A stretch of 15,917 bases of DNA from Octopus sinensis (lineage: Eukaryota), in contig NW_021825311.1 in NCBI RefSeq assembly GCF_006345805.1, forward strand, positions 1 through 15,917, in the 5' to 3' direction. Shown here piece after piece: positions 8,466 through 15,917 of this stretch. Below the pieces are notes generated by a model, which was not told the origin of the DNA, searched no databases, and saw nothing but the letters and a program-made list of their open reading frames with translations. The position numbers and the translations under genes are program-made. The first letter of the stretch is position 1; every line of letters begins with the position of its first letter.

Positions 8466-9266
8466 GACGTGGTACTCCGTCGGTTAAGACGACGAAGGTT
8501 CCAATTGATCCGGTCAACGGAACAGACTGCTCGTGAAATCAACGCGCAAGTGGTTGAGCACACCAAATACATAGTTCTCTTGGGAGATTCAGTGTGTTAC
8601 AAAGTGTGACGAAGCTGGCCCTTTGAAATACAGGTACAGCAGAAACAGGAAGAAAGAGTGAGAGAAAGTTGTGGTGAAAGAAGGCGGTGAGCTGGCAGAA
8701 TCGTTAGCACGCCGGACGAAATGCTTAGGGGTATTTCGTCTGTCGTTACGTTCTGAGTTCAAATTCTGCCGAGGTCGACTTTGCCTTTCATCCTTTCGGG
8801 GTCGATTAAATAAGTACCAGTTACGCACTGGGGACGATATAATCGACTTAATCAGTTTGTCTGTCCTTGTTTGTCCTCTCTGTGTTTAGCCTCTTGAGGG
8901 TAATAAAGAAATAGGTATTTCGTCAGCCGCTACGTTCTGAGCTTAATTTCCGCCGAGGTCGACTTTGCCTTTCATCCTTTCGGGATCGATTAAATAAGTA
9001 CCAGTTACGCACTGAGGTCGATACAATTGACTTAATCCGTTTGTCTGTCCTTGTTTGCCCACTCTGTGTATAGCCCCTTGTTGGGCAGTATAGCTATAAG
9101 AAAGTTGTGGTGTAAGAGTACAGCAGGGTTCGCCACCACCTCTGCCAGAGCCTCGTGGAGCTTTAGGTGTTTTCACTCAATAAACACTCACGCCCGGTCT
9201 GAGAATCGAAACCGCGATCTTATGACCGTGAGTCCGCTGCCCTAACCACTGGGCCATTGCGCCTCC
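8466..9266 (-). mobile_element. SINE family C interrupted by a family A dimer; own TSD intact
   Basis: 8466-8681 plus 9118-9266 reconstitute the 4024-4402 sequence; TSD TCTTGGATTAT at 8455-8465 and 9267-9277. Confidence 0.93.
8682..9098 (+). mobile_element. SINE family A head-to-tail dimer (8682-8913 full; 8914-9098 5'-truncated)
   Basis: Two colinear family A bodies; flanked by AGAAAGTTGTGGTGAAAGA (8663-8681) and AGAAAGTTGTGGTGTAAGA (9099-9117). Confidence 0.93.
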
Positions 9267-9345
9267 TCTTGGATTATAAAACAACATAAGATCTATCTAC
9301 GCTGTTACAGAAACAAAAACAAAAACAACAGCAGCAACAATAACA

Positions 9346-9539
9346 ATTCTTTCTACAGCAACTGGAAATTTTGGGGAGGGGTCTAGTCGAATACATCGAT
9401 CCCAGTGCTTGACTAGTATTTATTTTATCGATAATGAAATGATGAACGGCTAAGTCGTCTTTGGCAGAATTTAGCGGAACAGTCGATTACACCGACTACA
9501 GTACTCAACTGGTACTTGATTTATCGACCATGAAAGGAT
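9346..9539 (-). mobile_element. Two degenerate, partly redundant SINE family A fragments (9346-9473, 9481-9539)
   Basis: GGAAATTTTGGGGAGGGGTCTAGTCGAATACATCGATCCCAGTG and AGTCGATTACACCGACTACAGTACTCAACTGGTACTTGATTTATCGACC. Confidence 0.7.
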
Positions 9540-9545
9540 TTTATA

Positions 9546-9565
9546 TAATAATAATAATAATAATG

Positions 9566-9596
<31 letters not shown>
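9546..9596 (+). repeat. (TAA)n microsatellite
   Basis: Direct inspection. Confidence 0.97.
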
Positions 9597-9597
<1 letters not shown>

Positions 9598-10143
9598 GAT
9601 GCCCTGATGCAGTACCAAGCAGTGGCTCTCATGGCTTCTGACCTTAACTGATTGGAAGTGTTATCATGTACATTGTTTTGTCTTGGTATAAAAGATGCGC
9701 TACAGCAAATATTCTGCTCAATACCACAGATTTACTTGTCAGTTGTTTGATGGCATGTGTCTTAATGGCTGACGATATGTGCATCTCTGATCACGAGCAG
9801 AAGTAGTGGGGGGACATCATAGCCATGTGTTGAGAGGGATTCTTTGGGGTTTGAATAATTCACCTCTGGGAACATGGGTGTTTCGTTCAACATCCATAAA
9901 CAACCCTTATTCAGGGACCTTTTGAGCGGGATGGGTTACTTGACCTGAAGAAAATTCTAACTGGGCCCCACCTGCAAGGCCATGTGATGTTTATCTTGAT
10001 ATGAGATCACCATGTCGCGCACATATGGTTGTGATGCATATGCCTGGTGTACTCTTATCAGACGGGTAGTCATGACAGGTATACTGGGCTTCGTATATTT
10101 TACCCCAGTGTCACTTTGATGGCATGCACTGCTCTCTCACTCA
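9597..10143. mobile_element. ~545 bp non-coding element inserted in (TAA)n (probable non-autonomous retroposon)
   Basis: Complex sequence, GC-richer than its flanks, bounded sharply by (TAA)n on both sides; resembles a recalled high-copy octopus repeat; no Pol III boxes, TIRs or ORF recognised. Confidence 0.6.
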
Positions 10144-10164
10144 ATAATAATGATAATAATAGTA

Positions 10165-10218
<54 letters not shown>

Positions 10219-10227
10219 TAATAATAA
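10144..10227 (+). repeat. (TAA)n microsatellite
   Basis: Direct inspection. Confidence 0.97.
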
Positions 10228-10397
10228 TCTTTTCTGTTATAGATGAAAGACTTCAAAATCTTGGGGAACGGCTCGTTGATAATATTGACCCTAGTGCTCA
10301 TGCTCAACTTGTTCTTATGTCATCGACCCCGAAATGATAAAAGGCAAAATCGACTTCACTTGAATTTGAACTCAGAACACAAGGACGGACAAAACGC
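10227..10397 (-). mobile_element. Degenerate SINE family A
   Basis: ATCGACCCCGAAATGATAAAAGGCAAAATCGAC..GAATTTGAACTCAGAAC matches family A. Confidence 0.75.
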
Positions 10398-10597
10398 TCC
10401 GTTCTCTATCTGCAAATAGTCCAGCTGACTGATCTCTTGAAAGCCTCGATCTCATATTTGCCGAAAGTTGAAGTGTTTTCACATGATGCCATAATAGAGA
10501 AGACTTTATTGAAACACAAATAGTGCTGCTTCCTTTGAAACGTTCTGTTTCATTTTACGGGACAAATAAACACACAAACAGACAGAATCTCTCTTTT

Positions 10598-10643
10598 ATA
10601 TTATATATATATATTATATATTATATATATATATATATATATA
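10598..10643. repeat. (TA)n microsatellite, imperfect
   Basis: Direct inspection. Confidence 0.95.
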
Positions 10644-10651
10644 CACAGAAA

Positions 10652-11034
10652 AGAGTGGCTGTGTGGTAAGTAGCTTGCTAACCAACCACATGGTTCCGGG
10701 TTCATTCTTCCCACTGCGTGGCATCTTGGGCAAGTGTCTTCTGCTATAGCGCCGGGCCGGCCCGGACCAATGCCTTGTGAGTGGATTTGGTAGACGGAAA
10801 CTGAAAGAAGCCTGTCGTATATATGTATATATATATATTGTATGTGTTGTGTGTATGTGTCTGTGTTTGTCCCTAGCATGCTTGCTTGACAACCGATGCT
10901 GGTGTGTTTGGTGTGTTTACGTCCCCGTCACTTAGCGGTTCGGCAAAAGAGACTGATAGAATAAGTACTGGGCTTACAAAGAATAAGTCCCAGGGTCGAT
11001 TTGCTCGACTAAAGGCGGTGCTCCAGCATGGCCA
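10652..11034 (+). mobile_element. SINE family B, young, lacking last ~35 nt, followed by (TA)n (11036-11061)
   Basis: AGAGTGGCTGTGTGGTAAGTAGCTTGC head; reverse complement of 11454-11863; small internal duplication GGTGTGTTT x2. Confidence 0.93.
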
Positions 11035-11079
11035 CATATATATATATATATATATATATAGATTAAGATATGTTAATAC

Positions 11080-11324
11080 ATATCTGCGTGTGTGTGTGAG
11101 TGTCTTTGAGTCTGTGTTTGTCCCCCACATCATCACATGACAATCAATGTCGGTATGTTTACGACCCTGTAACATAGCAGTTCAGTAAAAGAGACCGATA
11201 GAATAAGTAGTAGGCTTACAAAGACTAAGTCCTGGGGTCGATTTCTTCGACTAAAACCTTTTAAGGCGGTGCTCCAGCATGGCTGCAGTCAAATCATTGA
11301 AACATGTAAAAGGATAAAAGAATA
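11080..11324 (+). mobile_element. SINE family B, older 3' half
   Basis: GAGACCGATAGAATAAGTAG..CCTGGGGTCGATTTCTTCGACTAAA..AAGGCGGTGCTCCAGCATGGCTGCAGTC. Confidence 0.85.
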
Positions 11325-11453
11325 TGCTGTTCATTTTCCTTTTCTTTTATGAATTTAGCTGTGTATTTCGATTTTACGTTTTGCTTTAGTTATTTTAGTG
11401 CTTTGTCAAAAAGCACGATTACGCGTGTGAGCAATTTTGGCTGTGAAAATGTA

Positions 11454-11863
11454 TTACTCTTTACTCTTTTACTTGTTTCAGTCATTTGACTGCGGCCATG
11501 CTGGAGCACCGCCTTTAGTCGAGCAAATCGACCCCGGGACTTATTCTTTGTAAGCCCAGTACTTATTCTATCGGTCTCTTTTGCCGAACCGCTAAGTGAC
11601 GGGGACGTAAACACACCAGCATCGGTTGTCAAGCGATATTGGGGGGACAAACACAGATACACGAACACACACACACATATACATTTATATACATATATAC
11701 GACAGGCTTCTTTCAGTTTCCGCCTACCAAATCCACTCACAAGACATTGGTCGGCCCGGGGTTGTAGCAGAAGACACTTGCCCAAGATGCCACGCAGTGG
11801 GACTGAACCCGGAACCATGTGGTTGTTTAGCAAGCTACTTACCACACAGCCACTCCTGCGCCT
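11454..11863 (-). mobile_element. SINE family B, full length, young
   Basis: Minus-strand head GGCGCAGGAGTGGCTGTGTGG, B-box GGTTCAGTCCC, short tandem tail (GTAAAAGAGTAAAGAGTAA). Confidence 0.95.
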
Positions 11864-12088
11864 ATATTGTGAATAAATAAAATGCTTTTAGAAATTTGTG
11901 AAGAATACCTTTTTTATTCTCTCGTCTACCTCAAGTATCGAGAGAAGCCTCTTCTTCAGGCAATTATAATTCTTTTTATAAGGACTATAAGGAAAATTTC
12001 CTTTGGTGATGTTTGAGTAAAAAGTTCTTCGAAGCGGGAAGCAACAACAACGTGTTTACACACGAAAGTCAAATATAATAATAACAAC

Positions 12089-12274
12089 GGTTTCAAATTT
12101 TAGCACGAGGGCCGCAGTTTGGGGGGAGAAGGAAAAGTCGATTACATCGACCCCTGCGTTCAAATGGTTTTTATTTTATCGCTCCCAAACGGATGAAAGG
12201 CAAAACGACGTCGGCAGAATTTGAGCCCAGAACATGACGACGGACGAAATGCCGCTAAACATTTTGTCGGCTCG
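12089..12274 (-). mobile_element. SINE family A, diverged, head replaced by microsatellite
   Basis: AAGTCGATTACATCGACCCC, GGATGAAAGGCAAAACGACGTCGGCAGAATTTGAGCCCAGAAC. Confidence 0.82.
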
Positions 12275-12298
12275 AACAACAGCAGCAGCAGCAGCAAC

Positions 12299-12341
<43 letters not shown>

Positions 12342-12373
12342 CGGCAGCAGCACCAACAACAACAACAACAATA
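12275..12373 (+). repeat. (CAG)n/(CAA)n microsatellite
   Basis: Direct inspection. Confidence 0.96.
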
Positions 12374-12505
12374 ATTCTATCTTTAGTAACAACACACATA
12401 AAATGCAATAATAATTTTGTAAAAGGCTAGCATAATGCTGGGAGTGTTCATTTACAACAAACAACCGGATTAAATACAACAGATTAAGAATAATCTAATA
12501 TATAC

Positions 12506-13022
12506 AAAATATATTTGCCAACTAAATGTGGCGGTCCCATAGAGGACGATGTTACTGTTGTTTTTAGCCCCAGGAAGACATCTCCTCCAGCTGACTAACG
12601 ACACACTGTCTGAGTCCGATTAGTATTTGTGAGGGGAGGTTATCGTTCCCATCTGATACACACAGATCTGGGTTTCTGGGTATTTATGCGTCTTCAGTGT
12701 GTGATAATCATCAGCTACCGATGAAAACTAGGTCCACCCGCAAAATATTATATGCTTTTTCCAAGGACCAATTGTCGCTGGTCTCGAAAAAGGAGAAATA
12801 AGCTATATTAAATCTCTGAGCGAGAAATAAACAGTAACAATACGGAATCGTAAAATATATAATCGCACTCAGACAGTGTGTCGTTAGCCAGCTGGGGGAG
12901 ATGTCTTCCAGGAGCTAAAAACAACAGTAACCTTGTCCTCTATAGGACCGCCACATTTAAGCAAATATATTTTACGATTCCGTACTGTTACTGTTTACCT
13001 CTCGCTCAGAGATTTAATATAG
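12506..13022. mobile_element. Rearranged element with two crossed inverted-repeat pairs (possibly Penelope-like pLTR derivative)
   Basis: A 12506-12622 / A' 12860-12973 (~90% identity); B 12803-12860 / B' 12965-13022 (55/58). The repeats are certain; the class assignment is inference. Confidence 0.65.
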
Positions 13023-13055
13023 ATAATATACAAAAAATTATATAAAAATATGTAT

Positions 13056-13252
13056 ACTCTTTTACTATTTTACTTTTTTTCAATCATTTGACTGTGGCCA
13101 TGCTGGAGCACCGCCTTTAGTCGAGCAAATCGACCCCAGGACTTATTTTTTGTAAGCCTAGTACATATTCTATCGGTCTTTTTTTGCCGAACCGCTAAGT
13201 TACGGGGACGTAAACACACCAGCATCGGTTGTCAAGCGATGTTGTCAAGCGA
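13056..13252 (-). mobile_element. SINE family B, 5'-truncated (3' half)
   Basis: Near-identical to 11465-11640; ends in a 12 bp tandem duplication GTTGTCAAGCGA. Confidence 0.92.
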
Positions 13253-13690
13253 AGGCCAGGGCACTCATAAAACCAACCTCTTTCTTTCCAGGTACTTGCC
13301 GTCCCCCGACTGCACACTTCAGAGGGAATTGAACTATTAGCCTTATTATACATCTTATACGCTTGCACCCATCTTTTAGCAAATTTTCTTGTGAGCAGCG
13401 TCCCCGCCTCTCTCTCTCTCAAGCTTTACGTTCTACTGAAGAAGTTGACGAGGGTTTCGTCGAGGATAGAGACCCGACTACAGCTATTTCAGTCACGACT
13501 GCTACACAAAATTTTTTTATCATAGCCACCGTAAACAGTGTGGGTGAGGTGGACTTTACGAAGAATACAGCCAATAACTGGATCTCTCCTACTCGCTATA
13601 AATAGTTTTTCAACGTGACTCTACGTGCCATTGACTATCGGTTACGAACGAATGGGTAAAGAACAGTTTCACCGCATCGCTCTCTCCATT
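13253..13690 (-). pseudogene. L1/Tx1-like LINE ORF2 C-terminal remnant
   Basis: Minus strand in order: RCGETVLYPFV (decayed CCHC knuckle region), LAVFFVKSTSPTLFTVAMIKKFCVAVVTEIAVVGSL, ETLVNFF..RKFAKRWVQAYKM; resembles recalled invertebrate L1/Tx1 C-termini; stops and frameshifts present. Confidence 0.55.
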
Positions 13691-13694
13691 TGTT

Positions 13695-13930
13695 CAATTC
13701 AATTCAATTCAATTTTTATTGGCTCAAAAAGCAAAAGCAAGGCCATGTAGGGGGACAGAGAGTTATGTACATGGAAGGTGGTCATACAAAGAGTTCAGGC
13801 CATTTTTGGTCAAGAGAGACTTTGAACCGAGCGGTCGTCGGCATCGTAGGCCTCAACAAAACCGAAAGCGCATTTCCGTTGCCTTGATAGGCGAAGGGCT
13901 TTCGTATTTATCCCGCAATTCCCGATCTGA
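13695..13930 (-). mobile_element. 3' end of a second LINE-like element with AATAAA and pentanucleotide tail
   Basis: Plus strand (CAATT)4 at 13695-13714 directly followed by TTTATT (13715-13720) = minus-strand AATAAA then repeat tail; 5' boundary uncertain. Confidence 0.45.
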
Positions 13931-13959
13931 ATTTTTCAAAAAAAAAAAAATAAATAAAT

Positions 13960-14120
13960 GATTTCTAGCATATACATATAAGGCTACAGTTTGGAGGGAG
14001 GGTTTGTGCGATTATATCAAGCTCGGTATGTGACAGGTACATTTTTTTTTTTTTATCGACTCTTAGAATTTATAATGTAAAATGGCTGTAACTAAATACG
14101 TTGTAGATTTTGTCCGGCCA
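13960..14120 (-). mobile_element. Very degenerate SINE family A
   Basis: TTTGGAGGGAGGG..GCGATTATATCAA..GGTAC..TTTATCGAC..AAATACG..TTTTGTCCGGC follows the family A order with deletions. Confidence 0.45.
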
Positions 14121-14164
14121 TTCAAGAATTTATACCATCCACCGCCCTTTTAAAAACACCAAAA

Positions 14165-14262
14165 CAAAAACAAAACAACGACGACGACGACGACGACTAC
14201 GGCAGCAACTACGACACCAGCAACAATAAATACTACTACTACTACTACTACCACCACCACCA

Positions 14263-14298
<36 letters not shown>

Positions 14299-14346
14299 CA
14301 CTACCACTACCACTACTACTACTACCACCACCACCACCACCACCAT

Positions 14347-14391
<45 letters not shown>

Positions 14392-14442
14392 ACCACTACT
14401 ACTACTACTACTACTAGTACTACTACTACTACCACCACCACC

Positions 14443-14481
<39 letters not shown>

Positions 14482-14516
14482 GCTACTACTACTACTACTA
14501 CTACCACTACTACTAC
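14165..14516 (+). repeat. ~350 bp compound (CAA)(CGA)(TAC)n/(CAC)n microsatellite
   Basis: Direct inspection. Confidence 0.97.
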
Positions 14517-14775
14517 GGCATCAACTGGGTGGACAGTTATTTGAGCGATTTGATGTGGTTAGAGGTGTGTACTTTAGGAGGCTAGTAACATGATTTCGTT
14601 TAGATAACAACCGATGTTTATTAAAGTGGAAGGCAAAGCAATAACAAGTGTCAACATTTCGCTTCATGTTTGTTCTGTCGAAGCTTCTAGAAAATATTCC
14701 TAGAATTTTGCAAAAATTTTCACGGTTGCAATGTTAAAAGCAGCTGCTTCTTTCCCTGTATTTGCATTATTTTCT

Positions 14776-14809
14776 TCTCTCTCTCTCTCTCTCTCTCTCC
14801 ACCACACCT

Positions 14810-14851
<42 letters not shown>

Positions 14852-14920
14852 TCTCTCGTTCTCTCTCACCCTCTCTTTCGCTTTCTGTCACTTTCTCTAT
14901 GTCTTCTCTCTCTCTCTCTC
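14776..14920 (+). repeat. Interrupted (CT)n microsatellite
   Basis: Direct inspection. Confidence 0.95.
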
Positions 14921-15001
14921 GCCTTCCCTTTCTATAATTCATTTCTGTTTCTCTTCATCTCGCATCCTTTTCAACTCACAAATACGCTCACGTATGCACA
15001 C

Positions 15002-15002
<1 letters not shown>

Positions 15003-15035
<33 letters not shown>

Positions 15036-15260
15036 CAAATGTATAATCATATAATCACGCATGCATTTATATATATGTATATATATATATATATGTATAG
15101 AAAAAATGCACAACGCACACATACACTATATATATATATGTATGCATAAGTATTAATGAGTGCGTTTGTAAATATATATTTAATGTATGCGTGTGTGGTG
15201 TCTATACATACATACATGCATACATACATACATACATACATACATACATACATACACACA
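15003..15260 (+). repeat. Cluster of (CA)n, (TA)n and (TACA)n microsatellites
   Basis: (CA)n 15003-15033, (TA)n ~15066-15097, (TACA)n ~15205-15256. Confidence 0.93.
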
Positions 15261-15264
15261 TCGT

Positions 15265-15645
15265 GGTACTCTGTCGGTTACGACGACGAGGGTTCCAGTT
15301 GATCCGATCAACAGAAACAGCTTGCTCGTGAAATTAACGTGCAAGTGGCTGAGCACTCCACAGACACGTGTATCCTTAACGTAGTTCTCAGGGAGATTCA
15401 GCGTGACACAGAGTGTGACGCGGCTGGCCCCTTGAAATACAGGTACAACAGAAACAGGAAGATAGAGTGAGAGAAAATTGTGGTGAAAGAGTACAGCAGG
15501 GTTCACTACCAGTCCCTGCCAGAGCCTCGAGGCGCTTTAGTTGCTTTCGCTCAATAAACGCTCACAACGCCCGGTCTGAGAATCGAAACCGCGATCCTAC
15601 GAGCTCGTATCAGCTGCCCTAACCACTGGGCCATTGCACCTCCAC
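15265..15645 (-). mobile_element. SINE family C, full length
   Basis: Colinear with 4024-4402; minus-strand head GTGGAGGTGCAATGGCCCAGTGGTTAGGGCAGC, B-box GGTTTCGATTCTC. Confidence 0.94.
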
Positions 15646-15651
15646 TTAAGG

Positions 15652-15917
15652 GGCACTCCGTCTGGTCGGTTACGACGACGAGGGTCCCAGCTGATAGGAT
15701 CAACGGAACAGACTGCTCGTGAAATTAACGTGCAAGTGGCTGAGCACTCCACAGACATGTGTACCCCTTAACGTAGTTCTCAGGGAGATTCAGCGTGACA
15801 CAGAGTGTGACGCGGCCGGCCCTCTGAAATACAGGTACGACTCATTTTTACAAGCTGAATGGACTGGAGCAACGTGAGAGTATACAATGCGTCGCCTTGA
15901 ATTGAACTCATGACCTT
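15652..15917 (-). mobile_element. SINE family D: family C 3' tail with a different body and head (runs off window)
   Basis: 15652-15838 matches the family C tail up to GAAATACAGGTAC, then diverges to GACTCATTTTTACAAGCTGAATGGACTGGAGCAACGTG..GAATTGAACTCATGACC (minus-strand B-box GAGTTCAATTC). Confidence 0.8.

Noticed and set aside
8715-8740. TTAGGG in the loop of a 10 bp hairpin in the SINE A head
   Set aside because: Single hexamer; other copies have different loops (for example GTAGCC), so it is not a telomeric signal.
8663-9117. Short direct repeats with spacers as a possible CRISPR-like array
   Set aside because: Only pairs of repeats, explained as TSDs; no regular repeat-spacer periodicity; eukaryotic context.
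9597-9660. CTGATG as a hammerhead core, or an HDV-like ribozyme at the left end of the TAA-embedded element
   Set aside because: It reads CTGATGC, not CTGANGA, with no properly placed GAAA; no P1/P2/P3 pairing could be assembled by eye.
10601-11880. Cluster of 70-150 aa ORFs on both strands
   Set aside because: All lie within SINE B copies and their TA/CA tracts; the same peptides recur at each copy (5601-5873, 13195 region).
12221-12479. PolyS, polyC and polyL ORFs over the CAG tract
   Set aside because: They start inside a SINE and consist of microsatellite; no exon evidence.
13363-13605. 80 aa plus-strand ORF with natural-looking composition
   Set aside because: Antisense to the L1/Tx1-like remnant; no recognisable domain.

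Overview
Eukaryotic, AT-rich, repeat-saturated non-coding DNA (intron or intergenic); no host exon, RNA gene, CRISPR array or prokaryotic feature is supportable. The repeats resemble, from memory only, those of Octopus/coleoid cephalopods. Contents: (i) about 20 full or partial copies of at least four tRNA-derived SINE families, here called A, B, C and D, including head-to-tail dimers and a doubly nested insertion with both target-site duplications (TSDs) intact; (ii) four same-strand 3' remnants of R4/Dong-like restriction-like-endonuclease (RLE) retrotransposons between 3.7 and 6.8 kb, mostly ending at (TAA)n tracts, one with an RT fragment fused directly to the RLE; (iii) a ~545 bp non-coding element embedded in (TAA)n; (iv) a foldback element with 144 bp arms flanked by a 17 bp direct repeat, plus a miniature relative; (v) a hAT-like MITE; (vi) a 517 bp element with two crossed inverted-repeat pairs and a hammerhead-ribozyme-like core (Penelope-like?); (vii) decayed L1/Tx1-like and CR1/L2-like LINE remnants; (viii) many compound microsatellites. 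The listed ORFs are microsatellite artefacts, chance ORFs, SINE/LINE antisense frames or retroelement fragments. Family names and clade assignments come from motif recall, not database searches.
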